DNA from: Eledone cirrhosa
Taxonomy: Eukaryota
NCBI GenBank assembly: GCA_964016885.1
Contig: OZ024757.1
Span: 16,492,001 to 16,556,000 of the forward strand
Direction: 5' to 3'
DNA length: 64,000 bases
Numbering within the stretch: position 1 is the stretch's first letter; each line of letters begins with the position of its first letter. The notes beneath the pieces are model-generated. The model had not been told where the DNA came from. It worked only from the letters and a program-made list of their open reading frames with translations, and made no database searches. Shown piece by piece: positions 42,101 through 55,824 of this stretch. A program made the translations under genes and the position numbers.

Positions 42101-42925
42101 TAGCATTGATTGACATAGAGGATATAGTTGCATCACTTGGCGGAAATTATTTGCCCTCATATGGTCTGCCCCAAACAATCCGTACAGGGTCAAACGTACT
42201 TCCTACAGCTCTGATCCGAGAAACGTCCTACGACGTCGATGCTCTTACCAAGTACGTCCTTGAAACTGAACTACAACTTCTTCCGGACCAACGTCGTGCT
42301 TACACCATTGTTGCCGACCATGTGCGCCACAGAAAAGGTGGTATGTTCTTTCTGGATGCTCCTGTAGGGACGGGCAAAACATTTTTAACGAGACTCCTCC
42401 TTGCAAAAGTCAGGATGCACAAGGACATTGCGGTTGCTGTTGCTTCTTCTGGAATTGCTGCCACTTTGTTGCCCGGTGGCAGGACCGCACACTCCAATTT
42501 TAAATTGCCTCTCAATTTAACAACGTCAGAAACGCCTACTTGCAGCATCAGCAAGACCTTCGACCAGGGCCAAGTCCTAAAACGATGTCAGCTCATTGTG
42601 TGGGATGAATGCACCATGGCCTATAAGAGAACTCTGGATGCATTAAACAGAGCTCTAAAGGACATCAGAGGCTGCCAGGCTCCCATGGGATGTGTTACGC
42701 ATCTGCTTTCGGGTGACTTCAGGCAGGCTCTTCCCGCCATTCTCAAAGGCACAAGAGCAGATGAGGTCCAAGCATGCCTAAAATCCTCTCCTCTGTGGCG
42801 CCATCTCAGAACACTGATTCTTACAACCAACATGAGAGCTCGATTACACAGCGACCAAACGTCCGCGAATTTGCACAGGACATCTTGAAACTTGGCGACG
42901 GCAAAATACCTCTGGACGTTGCAGG
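39176..42925 (+). pseudogene. Helitron RepHel (HUH Rep plus PIF1-family helicase), disrupted
   Basis: Zn finger CSFC..CCANG; LFITFTCNPKW; VEWKKRGLPHAHILIW (HUH); KYICKYVNKG; DAPVGTGKT, IVWDECTM, SGDFRQ, LTTNMR; frameshifts ~39880-40040, stop 40657-40659, C-terminal helicase missing. Confidence 0.93.
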
Positions 42926-42929
42926 AGAG

Positions 42930-43102
42930 CTGTAGGTTCAACAGAATGAGCACTCGGTGCGTAGTTTCCAGTAAGTATAGAGGTGAAGAACTAAACAGAG
43001 TGTAAGTTGTGATGTTGCTGTTCCACTCATGTTTTCTATTTAATTTTGGTTGGAGTTCATTTAATAGAAAACATGAGTGGAACAGCAACATCACAACTTA
43101 CA
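42930..43102 (-). mobile_element. Family G-like tail plus 42-bp-arm palindrome truncating the Helitron ORF
   Basis: ctgtaggttcaacagaatgagcactcg...gaactaaacagagtgtaa resembles 54384-54458; arms 43001-43042/43063-43102. Confidence 0.6.
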
Positions 43103-43559
43103 ATTAAGGACAGAATGAAAACACACACGCACATAGAACAAACAACCAACCAGTAACATGTAAATAAACAAATAAATAAACGAATATAAACACACACAGA
43201 CACCCGGATGTGGCGCACGCGCAGATTGAGCACACAACACACACACAGAAACAAGATGGCGTAGAACAGAACAAAGGAGAGGCACAAAAACAAAGAAAAG
43301 AATCCCCAGTCACTGAAGAGGTCACAGAATGTGTGACGAAAGAACTTTGACAATATATAAACAACCATCTGGTTGTGGAAGCAACCAACCAACCGGAAAT
43401 TTATAAATTCCTAAATTTATAAATTTATTATAATAAATTGAAGTAAAAGCAACTGGTGCGTGTGTTTCTTATTGGCAACATGACCCTCCCAAAGTATAAC
43501 AATATCGGTTTCAACACACGTTTTCAGATAAAGAATCTTGCTAAACAAATTCAGAAACG

Positions 43560-43595
<36 letters not shown>

Positions 43596-43973
43596 TGTGT
43601 GTGTGTGTAACGTTTATTGAAATATTTATTCTGCGTTCACAGATTGATTTTTTTAGTTTCAGAAGATCCCGTTAAGGGTGAAATCAGCGATACTTTGCTT
43701 AAACTTTAATCTGTTATTTTTATATATTTATATATATAATTATATATTCGTGTACGGATATGTTTGCATACACAATAACAAAATATAAACAAACGTATTT
43801 ATTTCACGAGGCTCGATAAGGATAAATATATATCAAATATATAAGAACCCTAGAGCAACGCTGGCCCATTCTGCTAGTTAGAAATAAATTTCATTATAAT
43901 GTTTTCACAATCCCCAGAGCTTATAGAGAACATTTATAAGACAGGGAGAGAATGGTTGGTGGTCGCCTCGGCT

Positions 43974-44075
43974 GAAGAGTTGGTAGTTTACTGTAAATGA
44001 AGAATCGGTAGTTTATTGTAAATGAAGAATTGGTAGTTTATTGTAAATGAAGAGTTGGTAGTTTATTGTAAATGA
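43974..44075. repeat. 25-bp tandem repeat, 4 copies
   Basis: gaagagttggtagtttattgtaaat. Confidence 0.85.
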
Positions 44076-44099
44076 ATAGGAAATAGAGTTGTGATAATC

Positions 44100-44205
44100 C
44101 ACTAGTGTGGTGGTGGTGGGAGGTAGTGTGGTGGTGGTGGTGGTGGTGGGAGGTAGTGAGGTGGGGGCGATGTTGGTGGTCGTCGTGGTAAGGGTGGTGG
44201 TGATG

Positions 44206-44237
<32 letters not shown>

Positions 44238-45123
44238 GAAAGTGTAGGAGATGGCGTAAGTGATGGTGTAGGTCGTGGTGGTGGAGGTAGTGGTGGTTGT
44301 GTAGGTGGTGTAAGTGGTTGTGTAGGTGTAGGTGGTGGTGTAGGTGGTGTAGGTGGTGTAGGCGTTGGTGGTTGTGTAGGTGGTGTAGGTGGCGATGTAG
44401 GGTGGTGGTGTAGCTACCAAAGATGGAGGTAGTGAGGTGGGGGCGATGTTGGTGGTCGTCGTGGTAAGGGTGGTTGTGATGTTGTTGGGGGGGGGGGGGG
44501 GGTAGATGGCGTAAGTGATGGTGTAGTTCGTGGTGGTGGAGGTAGTGGTGGTTGTATAGGTGGTGTAGGTGGTGTAAGTGGTTGTGTAGGTGTAGGTGTT
44601 GGTGGCTGTGTAGGTGATGGTGTAGGTGGTGGTGTAGGTGGCGATGTAGGGTGGTGGTGGTGTAGGTAATGATGTAGGGTGGTGGTGTAGCTACCAAAGA
44701 TGTAGGTAGTGAGGTGGGGGCGATGTTGGTGGTCGTTGTGGTAAGGGTGGTGGTGTAGGTGGCGATGTAGGGTGGTGGTGGTGTAGGTAATGATGTAGGG
44801 TGGTGGTGGTGTAGGTAAAGATGTAGGGTGGTGGTGTAGCTACCAAAGATGTAGGTGATGTAGCTACCAAAGAAACAATTAATAAACGTTCCCTCTTACT
44901 ATTATCTCGATCCACTCTCACCCAAATATTTCCATATTTCACCAACTACCAATACTAAACTCTATAAATAATAAACGTCATATTCCTGCTAACCATTTCT
45001 TGATGTGTTTGTCTTTCTCTACCATTGTTTCACATCCATACACTACTACTACTACCACTACTACTGCTACTACTGCTACTACTACCACCACCACCACTAC
45101 TACTACTACTACCACTACTACTG

Positions 45124-45160
<37 letters not shown>

Positions 45161-45201
45161 CACTACTACTGCTGCTGCTGCTGCTATTGCTGCTGCTACT
45201 G

Positions 45202-45244
<43 letters not shown>

Positions 45245-45380
45245 CACTACTACTACTACCACTACTACCACCACCACTACTACTACCACTACTACTACTA
45301 CTACTACTGCTACCACTACCACTTCTGCTACTACTACTACCACTACTACCACTACTACTACTACCACTACTACTACCACT

Positions 45381-45412
<32 letters not shown>

Positions 45413-45450
45413 CACTACTACTACTACAACTACTACTACTACTACTCTTG
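44100..45450. repeat. (GGT/GTA)n and (CTA)n low-complexity repeats
   Basis: Triplet arrays with ~280-bp block duplications. Confidence 0.9.
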
Positions 45451-45592
45451 TTAAGGGAACTACTTAATCTGTCTCTGTAGGTGTGTGTGTAACTGTATGT
45501 ATGTATGTATGTAAAAATTATGCGAGTGTGCATATATATATGTGTGTATATGTATTTATGTATGTATGCGTGTTTGTGTGTGTATGTGTTTT

Positions 45593-45628
<36 letters not shown>

Positions 45629-45651
45629 CCTGTATGTATGTGTGTGTGTGT

Positions 45652-45688
<37 letters not shown>

Positions 45689-46169
45689 TGTCGGCATGTG
45701 TGTGTATGTATGTATGTATGTATGTGTGTGTGTCTGCCTGTCTGTCTGTCTGCATGTATGTATGTATGTGTGTGTGTCTGCATGCGTGTATGTATGTGTC
45801 GTAGCTATCTGAAGACGACACATTGTTGTGCTGAGTCTGATTTAAACTTCTGAAATGTCTGAAAGCTGAAACAATACGCGGCCATTGTTAAGATTTTAAT
45901 GAGAAAAGATATAAGTTAATAAATTATTATATCAACATCTTATCCATTAACAATCTGGTTTTCTGCAAAATATTTCTTAAACAAGGAAAACCAAACAAAA
46001 ATATATTTGTAACAAAAAAAATTTTTTTTTTAAATTTGCAAAAACAAATATACAATAAATTGATTTCTGACAGAAAAAGATTTCAAAATGCACAGCTAGT
46101 ATTTAGAATTTTTGTTTTTAATTGATATAATATCTTAGATTGATGGGGAAGGGGTGATGGTCGACGTTG

Positions 46170-46760
46170 TAGAAGATTGTGGAATATTGTGGAATATTGT
46201 GGAATATTGTGGAATATTGTTGTGTATTAGATTGTCGGCGGGAGTGGAAGTTGGGGAAGTTTGTGGAAGATTGTGGAAGACTGTGGTGTATTAGACTGAC
46301 TGGAGATGGAAGATTGTGGAAGATTGTGGAAGATTGTGGAAGATTGTGGAAAACTGGTGTATTAGACTGACTGAAGATGGAAGTTGGGGAAGATTGTGGA
46401 AGATTGTGGAAGACTGACTGGAGATGGAAGTTGGGGAAGATTGTGGAAGTTTGTAGTGTGTTAGATTGACTGGAGATAGAAGAGGGAGAGAGACTGTGGA
46501 AAACTGTGGTGTATTAGATTGCTGTTGTTGTTGGTGGTGGTAGTGGTGGTAGTAGTGGTGGTGGTGGTGGTGGTGGTGGTGGTGGTGGAGGTGGTGGTAG
46601 TGGTGGCAGTTCGGGGAAGATTGTAGAAGACTGTGGTATATTAGACTGACTGGAGGTGGAAGTAGGGGGAGTTGAAGGAGATTGTGGAAGACTGGAAGTT
46701 TGTAGTGTGTTAGATTGACTGGAGATGGAGGAAGACTCTAGAAAACTGTAGGAGATTGTA
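46170..46760. repeat. Degenerate 10-bp (GAAGATTGTG)n minisatellite, precursor-like flank of the 88-bp satellite
   Basis: gaagattgtg/gaatattgtg decamers mixed with gtattagattgactggagatggaag. Confidence 0.8.
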
Positions 46761-49427
46761 GTGTCTTAGATTGACTGGAGATGGAAGCATGTGGGATATT
46801 GTAGAATATTGTGAAGAAGGAAGTTGGTGAAGGCTGTGGAAGTTTGCAGTGTATTAGATTGACTGGAGATGGAAGCCTGTGGGATATTGTAGAATATTGT
46901 GAAGAAGGAAGTTGGTGAAGGCTGTGGAAGTTTGCAGTGTATTAGATTGACTGGAGATGGAAGCATGTGGGATATTGTAGAATATTGTGAAGAAGGAAGT
47001 TGGTGAAGGCTGTGGAAGTTTGCAGTGTATTAGATTGACTGGAGATGGAAGCCTGTGGGATATTGTAGAATATTGTGAAGAAGGAAGTTGGTGAAGGCTG
47101 TGGAAGTTTGCAGTGTATTAGATTGGCTGGAGATGGAAGACTGTGGGATATTGTAGAATATCGTGAAGAAGGAAGTTGGTGAAGGCTGTGGAAGTTTGCA
47201 GTGTATTAGATTGACTGGAGATGGAAGCCTGTGGGATATTGTAGAATATTGTGAAGAAGGAAGTTGGTGAAGGCTGTGGAAGTTTGCAGTGTATTAGATT
47301 GACTGGAGATGGAAGCCTGTGGGATATTGTAGAATATTGTGAAGAAGGAAGTTGGTGAAGGCTGTGGAAGTTTGCAGTGTATTAGATTGACTGGAGATGG
47401 AAGCCTGTGGGATATTGTAGAATATTGTGAAGAAGGAAGTTGGTGAAGGCTGTGGAAGTTTGCAGTGTATTAGATTGACTGGAGATGGAAGCCTGTGGGA
47501 TATTGTAGAATATTGTGAAGTAGGAAGTTGGTGAAGGCTGTGGAAGTTTGCAGTTTATTAGATTGACTGGAGATGGAAGACTGTGGGATATTGTAGAATA
47601 TTGTGAAGAAGGAAGTTGGTGAAGGCTGTGGAAGTTTGCAGTGTATTAGATTGACTGGAGATGGAAGACTGTGGGATATTGTAGAATATTGTGAAGAAGG
47701 AAGTTGGTGAAGGCTGTGGAAGTTTGCAGTGTATTAGATTGACTGGAGATGGAAGCCTGTGGGATATTGTAGAATATTGTGAAGAAGGAAGTTGGTGAAG
47801 GCTGTGGAAGTTTGCAGTGTATTAGATTGACTGGAGATGGAAGACTGTGGGATATTGTAGAATATTGTGAAGAAGGAAGTTGGTGAAGGCTGTGGAAGTT
47901 TGCAGTGTATTAGATTGACTGGAGATGGAAGACTGTGGGATATTGTAGAATATTGTGAAGAAGGAAGTTGGTGAAGGCTGTGGAAGTTTGCAGTGTATTA
48001 GATTGACTGGAGATGGAAGACTGTGGGATATTGTAGAATATTGTGAAGAAGGAAGTTGGTGAAGGCTGTGGAAGTTTGCAGTGTATTAGATTGACTGGAG
48101 ATGGAAGACTGTGGGATATTGTAGAATATTGTGAAGAAGGAAGTTGGTGAAGGCTGTGGAAGTTTGCAGTGTATTAGATTGACTGGAGATGGAAGCCTGT
48201 GGGATATTGTAGAATATTGTGAAGAAGGAAGTTGGTGAAGGCTGTGGAAGTTTGCAGTGTATTAGATTGACTGGAGATGGAAGACTGTGGGATATTGTAG
48301 AATATTGTGAAGAAGCAAGTTGGTGAAGGCTGTGGAAGTTTGCAGTGTATTAGATTGACTGGAGATGGAAGACTGTGGGATATTGTAGAATATTGTGAAG
48401 AAGCAAGTTGGTGAAGGCTGTGGAAGTTTGCAGTGTATTAGATTGACTGGAGATGAAAGACTGTGGGATATTGTAGAATATTGTGAAGAAGGAAGTTGGT
48501 GAAGGCTGTGGAAGTTTGCAGTGTATTAGATTGACTGGAGATGGAAGCCTGTGGGATATTGTAGAATATTGTGAAGAAGGAAGTTGGTGAAGGCTGTGGA
48601 AGTTTGCAGTGTATTAGATTGACTGGAGATGGAAGACTGTGGGATATTGTAGAATATTGTGAAGAAGGAAGTTGGTGAAGGCTGTGGAAGTTTGCAGTGT
48701 ATTAGATTGACTGGAGATGGAAGACTGTGGGATATTGTAGAATATTGTGAAGAAGGAAGTTGGTGAAGGCTGTGGAAGTTTGCAGTGTATTAGATTGACT
48801 GGAGATGGAAGACTGTGGGATATTGTAGAATATTGTGAAGAAGGAAGTTGGTGAAGGCTGTGGAAGTTTGCAGTGTATTAGATTGACTGGAGATGGAAGA
48901 CTGTGGGATATTGTAGAATATCGTGAAGAAGGAAGTTGGTGAAGGCTGTGGAAGTTTGCAGTGTATTAGATTGACTGGAGATGGAAGACTGTGGGATATT
49001 GTAGAATATTGTGAAGAAGGAAGTTGGTGAAGGCTGTGGAAGTTTGCAGTGTATTAGATTGACTGGAGATGGAAGACTGTGGGATATTGTAGAATATTGT
49101 GAAGAAGGAAGTTGGTGAAGGCTGTGGAAGTTTGCAGTGTATTAGATTGACTGGAGATGGAAGACTGTGGGATATTGTAGAATATCGTGAAGAAGGAAGT
49201 TGGTGAAGGCTGTGGAAGTTTGCAGTGTATTAGATTGACTGGAGATGGAAGACTGTGGGATATTGTAGAATATTGTGAAGAAGGAAGTTGGTGAAGGCTG
49301 TGGAAGTTTGCAGTGTATTAGATTGACTGGAGATGGAAGACTGTGGGATATTGTAGAATATTGTGAAGAAGCAAGTTGGTGAAGGCTGTGGAAGTTTGCA
49401 GTGTATTAGATTGACTGGAGATGGAAG
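46761..49427. repeat. 88-bp tandem satellite (~30 copies)
   Basis: gtgtattagattgactggagatggaagactgtgggatattgtagaatattgtgaagaaggaagttggtgaaggctgtggaagtttgca; 47201 to 47641 = 5 x 88. Confidence 0.97.
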
Positions 49428-49494
49428 ATGGGGGAAGACTGGACGACTGTGGAAGACTGTGGGAGATTGTAGAAGATTGTTGAGCGGAGCAATG

Positions 49495-50395
49495 GATAGG
49501 TAGTATCGGTAGAGCGTTGGACAATATGTTTTGCGGCATATAGTTACGGCCCTTGAAGTTCAAATCCCTCCGAGATTAGTTTTGCCTTTTCATCCTTACG
49601 GGGTCGATCAATTAAAAATAATAGAACGCACTGGGGTCGATTGAATCGACTTTTCCCTCCACAAAAATATTGTTGGCCTTGCACCTAAATCAGAAACTAT
49701 TATTTAATATATCCTTGACAGTATCAGTAGAGTGTCGGACAACATGCTTTGTGGCATATAGTTACGGTCCTTTACGTTCAAATCCCTCCTTGCACCTAAA
49801 TCAGAAACCATTATTCAATATATGCTGAAATGTGGTGGGTTGGCCGTATCAGTAGAGGGTCGGACGCCTTGCTTTCCAGCATAGTTACGTCCCTTTACGA
49901 TCTGAATTCAAATCCCGCCGAGGTTGGCTTTGACTTTCATCCTTACGGGGTTGATAAAATAAAGTACCAGTAATGCACTGGGTAATTGCTGGCCTTGTGC
50001 CTAAAGTAGAAACAATTATTCAATATATGCTTGACAGTATCAGTAGAGTGTCGGACTTTCTCCGTTCTGTGACCAAATCCCCCCGTGGACTGGATAAAAT
50101 AAAGTACTAGTTAAGTAATGTGGTCGATTTAATCGATTTTCCCTCTCCCCAAATTGCTGGCTTTGTGTCTATGTTAGAAATCATTATTGAATATTTCTTT
50201 ACCTTTTTTTTAAGACTGTAATGTGTAATATGAGGTGGAGAATTGGCAGAATCGTTAGAAAATCTGATAGAATGCTTAACAGTATTTGTTCCGGTTCTCT
50301 GTTTTCTGTATTCGAATCCCGCCGAGGTCAATTTTGCCTTTCATTCTTTTGAGATCGATAAAAAAATGTACAAGTCAGGTACCGGGGTCGATTCT
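49495..50395 (+). mobile_element. Tandem cluster of ~5 SINE copies and fragments
   Basis: Repeated heads, cores and tails of the main SINE family. Confidence 0.82.
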
Positions 50396-50732
50396 TCCTC
50401 TATATCTATTTCTCACTCCCTCTCTCTCTCGTCCTCTATCCTTCTCTGGAAGAAATCTGCTATATTCAGACCTGGAAAAAGATGGACACCGCCAGGCTTT
50501 AAAAATGCCCAAGAAACGCCGTATGTCAATATGGCGCCCCGTATGATTCCCTCGAGATTTACTGGACCATGCTACGCAATGTATGACATGAGAAAGATTT
50601 GACTGTTGTTTCTAGCATATCAACTGACAGTAGAGTCATATGAACCCCGATGACTCAAGATTAAACGCAAATGAAGACCGAGGTTTAAGCTCAGTGCCGA
50701 TCTAATCAAAGGATTTATTTTAACAACAAATA

Positions 50733-50904
50733 CAGGGTGTATCAAAAAGAATCATCAACTCGAACCAGACTGAAAGACATAGAAAAACTGTAAATAAGTT
50801 CATATTCAGTCATGTATTGTACAACTTACCGTATGATTATATGATCATTTGTTTAAAAAATATAGCCATTTCAAATGGGATGATTCAGTTTGATACAGTC
50901 CATG
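50733..50904. mobile_element. Tc1/mariner-type MITE
   Basis: TA|CAGGGTGTATCAAAAAGAATCATC ... GATGATTCAGTTTGATACAGTCCATG|TA imperfect TIRs. Confidence 0.6.
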
Positions 50905-51233
50905 TAATACGGTGACATTAAGTCAGACTAATTTGCTAACTAGAGAGGACGGATGTGATGTCAGCAAAGATGGCGGATTATTTTTGTTCTCGACAGAATT
51001 TCGTAGTTGGTCACGGTTTGATGAACAATGACAACACCTACTGCACCAGATGCATCTCTGCAACTGGGATGACCATTTAGCATTGCTCAGCCATGGCAAC
51101 AGAGTTTGTCTTGGCTAATTACAGTTGCAACATCAATTTATCAATGAGATTCACTGATGCAAAACATCGCAACTCATTTTATCTCAACTCTCGTTTAGAT
51201 TTGGCTTTCATTACATTCACTAAAAGCAAAGCA

Positions 51234-51286
<53 letters not shown>

Positions 51287-51783
51287 CAGAGAGAGAGAGA
51301 AGAGAGAGAGAGAAAGAGGGGGGGGAGAGAGAGATAGGGATTTACTAGTTTAGACTAATAAAACCATTGTTCAGCAAGTAAACGATGTGTGTAACTGGAT
51401 ATATATATGTGTGGGGGGGGGGGGTGTACTATATACCATATATATATATAGGGAGACACAAAGCAAGCTTACGTAGTAACATGTACTACGCAGTATTTGA
51501 CTACATAGAATTAGTCTGTTAGTTGGGTTTTCAAAAACACCTCTGAATGGAAAAAAAGGATGAGTATTGACGGACATGGGTTATTTAAGGGGGAAGTAGA
51601 GAGAACTCAATATGTGTGTGCAGAATAGAATAACAGAATTATTGATTACTAATAAAGAGTGTTTAAAAGTTACTGGTGCTCCGTACCGTTTCATGTCACA
51701 GATGCTAATCATCAGCTGAATAAAAACTAAAGAAAGTAGCTTCGATATCATGTCCATTATTATTTATCTAATTATTTGTCTAA

Positions 51784-51976
51784 GGGCGCTGGATTGGCAG
51801 TATCGGTCAAGGGTCGGGCGCCATGCTCTCCAGCATAGTTACGTCCCTTTACGATCTGAGTTCAAATCCCGCCGAGGTTGACTTTGCCTTTCGTCCTTAC
51901 GGGGTCGATAAAATAAAGTACCAGTAATGCACTGGGTACTTGCTGGCCTTGTGCCTAAAGTAGAAACAATTATTAT
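51784..51976 (+). mobile_element. tRNA-derived SINE (main family)
   Basis: Full-length copy. Confidence 0.88.
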
Positions 51977-52329
51977 TTATCTCATTGCTTTCATTGGCAG
52001 GGGTCGGTATGCCTGAGCTGAGCAGTGGCCCGAGCTCCTGCTGGCCTACAAAATGGCTGACATAAGTTGTGTTTATCAACTCTGCTGGCCAAACTTCTTC
52101 CCATGCATCCCTCTCGCGACACTGGCCCCACCAAATTGGGTTGAGTGTGAAAGCGAGAGCTCGGTGCTATAAGCGATGCAATGCTTGGATTACACTATGC
52201 TAAAGTGCATGTGCATATACCTGTAGCTGGGCACCGCTTGTGAAACCAATAACCCGAAGAAACTCCATTGAAATGAACTTACACCGTGAATTGTTTATCG
52301 ATGGAGCCCGCTCTTGCTCAATGGGACTG

Positions 52330-52565
52330 GAGTCATCATAGATCATCGATCCCAGGTGTGTCATCGTGCCTAGAGCCGACCAGGTCTACCAATCCCTCCA
52401 TCGCTGGTGGTTCTGCGCCAGCCCCTCTTCATCATCCAAGGGGTCGTCGACCCTCCGGAATTCTTCCTTTATAGCATCCAGCTATATGGTGCGGGGCCTG
52501 TACCGGGGCCTCTTCCTGTCTGTAGCTTCTGCGTCGAACGAGAATAAGGCCCTGGTAGGATGATC
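52330..52565 (-). mobile_element. RTE-type LINE ORF C-terminal remnant
   Basis: Manual translation: PTRALFSFD..RKRPRYRPRTI*LDAIKEEFRRVDDPLDDEEGLAQNHQRWRD. Confidence 0.6.
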
Positions 52566-52639
52566 AGGGGAAGAATATGAAGGGTGAGGGAGTGGAGAGT
52601 GGGGAGGATGAGGCAGGAGTAAGTAATTTAAAGAAACAA

Positions 52640-52818
52640 TTATTTATACGGCAGACCACCTCCATCACCTTGCCCGTCCCTTCATTCTCATTCTTTCTTC
52701 TGATGAAGGACTAGTGTCCGAAACCTTAAGACCCTCTTTCTGCTATTTCAAGCGTTAACCTAATATATTCCTTCCACATACTGTACCGATTGTGTTGTTA
52801 TTTCTGTTTACCTTTTAC
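52640..52818 (+). mobile_element. Family I element with minimal hammerhead (52696-52731), 3' end at (CA)n
   Basis: TCTT-CTGATGA-A-GGA-CTAGTG-TCC-GAAACCTT-AAGA; tail ...tttctgtttaccttttacacacac. Confidence 0.68.
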
Positions 52819-52834
52819 ACACACACACGCACAC

Positions 52835-52931
<97 letters not shown>

Positions 52932-53015
52932 TTTGCTCTACGGTTCTTATATATTTGATATATATTTATCTTTATCGAGCCCTCTTTGGATTTTAGTCTT
53001 CAAATTTATTATTAT

Positions 53016-53048
<33 letters not shown>

Positions 53049-53055
<7 letters not shown>

Positions 53056-53250
53056 GTGAGGTGTTTTTACAAAATGAAAAGAAACACGAGATGTCCTATA
53101 CGAGTGAAAGTATAAGGAAAAAAGATGAAATCGAAAATGCAAGTGGAGTTTTTTTTTTAATATTTATTTGGTTCCTCTACCGGTTTCGCAGTTCTTGTGC
53201 TTTTCAAAAGTAGAATTGAGATGGAGGGTCTGTGGTTTTTCTCACATCTG
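53049..53250 (-). mobile_element. Family F element (non-palindromic copy)
   Basis: Tail plus U3-A8 hammerhead at ~53174-53211. Confidence 0.72.
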
Positions 53251-53334
53251 GTTGGTGTTTGAATGTTACTTCTGTTTTATATGGAAAAAGTAGCTCGAAA
53301 TGCTAGGTTTTTAGAAAAGTAATTCATCTTTTTT

Positions 53335-53949
<615 letters not shown>

Positions 53950-53975
53950 CTAGCTGTCGAAACGGCCGGAGCTCC

Positions 53976-54170
53976 CGTGTATCCCGAGTTTAATCGGGGG
54001 TAACCACAGTAAGGTACTCAATAAGTAGCAGAGTATAAATGTTTAATATAGAAATGGCTTCTACAGGACTAGAACTGTTTCATTCCAATGAAATCATCAG
54101 GAAAGCCCCTTCCTAATGATTTCCTTGGAATGAAACAGTTCTAGTCCTGTAGAAGCCATTTCTATATTAA
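53976..54170 (-). mobile_element. Family A palindromic element; hammerhead 54056-54107 (-)
   Basis: GGCTTTC-CTGATGA-TTTCATTGGAAT-GAAACAG-TTCTAGTC-CTGTA-GAAGCC; preceded by a family B scrap at 53950-53975. Confidence 0.8.
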
Positions 54171-54316
54171 TATATATATGTATGTATGTATGTATGTGTG
54201 TATGTGTGTTTGTATATATGTATGTGTGTATATATATATATGTATGTGTGTGTGTATATATATATGTAAGTATGTGTGTGTGCATATATATATATATATT
54301 TATATATACATATATA

Positions 54317-54354
<38 letters not shown>

Positions 54355-54361
<7 letters not shown>

Positions 54362-54845
54362 AGGGGGTGTAACTAGGAGTTACTGCAGGTTCACCCGGGA
54401 GAGCACTCGACGTTTAGGTTCACTTCTGTGATGAGGAGTAGAGCTATACAGAGTGTAATATATAGAAAGGATAAAAAGGACGATTGATTATTCCTTCATT
54501 GCATTTATTGATAGGTGACGCGCGTTTCGCCACTGATCAGCTCAAGGTTCGATATATATCGATCCTACCCGACTCAATAATCCGCAGCTTTTTAAGAGGG
54601 TCCGTCGAGCTGCGGATTATTGAGTCGGGTAGGATCGATATAGATCGAACCTTGAGCTGATCAGTGGCGAAACGCTCGTCACCTATCAATAAATGCAATG
54701 AAGGAATAATCAATCGTCCTTTTTATCCTTTCTATATATTACACTCTGTATAGCTCTACTCCTCATCACAGAAGTGAACCTAAACGTCGAGTGCTCTCCC
54801 TGGTGAACCTGCAGTAACTCCTAGTTACACTCCCTGGATATATAT
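54355..54845. mobile_element. Family G palindrome (~235-bp near-perfect arms) with hammerhead 3' half
   Basis: Arms ~54355-54589/54608-54845; minus-strand arm reads GAAAC-GCGC-GTC; flanked by (TA)n; 46-bp piece repeated at 54848-54893. Confidence 0.8.
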
Positions 54846-54912
54846 ATATCAATAAATGCAATGAAGGAATAATCAATCGTCCTTTTTATCCTTTATATAT
54901 ATATCTATCTAT

Positions 54913-55222
54913 CTAAGGCGGGTAAAATTCCCGAGATCCATGGACGAGTTCTCTCCAGCGGTCTCTGTCCCTCATTATCGCTGCCATATCCTGCATCTCC
55001 AACAGACCAGTGTCTGTCCTTAGGGCATCAACATATGTTAACCTTGGTCTTCCTCTTCTAGTGTGTCCATGTAGGGGCTCCCAAAGGAGCACTGAGTGCA
55101 ATGTCAACTCTGGATGTCGGTGAGCATGTCCAGCCAACCTCAGTCTCCTCTGTGTCACTTTTGAGCTGACTTTTGGGATGCTCCCATACAGCTCTGAGTT
55201 TTTCATCCTCATTTTCATACAG
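54913..55222 (-). mobile_element. RTE LINE 3' fragment
   Basis: [30 protein letters not shown]...[11 protein letters not shown]. Confidence 0.85.
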
Positions 55223-55376
<154 letters not shown>

Positions 55377-55387
55377 CAACTATATAT

Positions 55388-55542
55388 AGGCGATGGCGTG
55401 TCTGGGTCGCGCTAAGGAGCTGACCGTGCAACCAGTTGGTTCTCGGTTCAGCACCTTCACTAGGTTCCTTCTACTATAGCCTTGGGTTGACAAACACCTC
55501 CTGACCGAAATTTATTAGATGGAAACTGCAGAGGCTCGTCGT
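55388..55542 (+). mobile_element. Decayed SINE with cephalopod-SINE-like body
   Basis: cttctactatagccttgggttgac...agatggaaactgcagaggctcgtcg; recognition is from memory only. Confidence 0.45.
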
Positions 55543-55748
55543 ACTTTTCTCTCTATGTATGTTTTTACATTTGCGCATGTCAGTGCTTACGTGCAGTTCG
55601 ACAAAGAGAGATCGATAAAATATGTGCCAGACTTGATAAAATAATTATTAGAGTCAATATGAGCGGCTAAATCTTGGCACTGCTCCATTATGGCTGAACA
55701 TCGAAAAGAACAATGAAACACCATGTATATATATGTATATATATATTT

Positions 55749-55824
<76 letters not shown>

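Larger units (their letters stand above)
38411..43877 (+). mobile_element. Helitron (decayed autonomous copy)
   Basis: 5' A|TCTATATATTTAAAAC at 38411; 3' ...gcaacgctggcccattctgCTAG|T at 43874-43877; RepHel remnant inside. Termini are less certain than the ORF. Confidence 0.75.

Noticed and set aside
40810-42888. 692-aa ORF as a functional host PIF1 helicase
   Set aside because: Part of a Helitron RepHel with an upstream stop and frameshifts, altered Walker A region and missing C-terminal motifs
46761-49427. Possible CRISPR array or coding repeat
   Set aside because: Contiguous near-identical 88-bp units with stops and no spacers
54657-54687. Complete hammerhead CTGATCA-GTGGC-GAAAC
   Set aside because: C at position 8 breaks the 3-8 pair, stem II is negligible and there is no stem I partner; only the 3' half is credible
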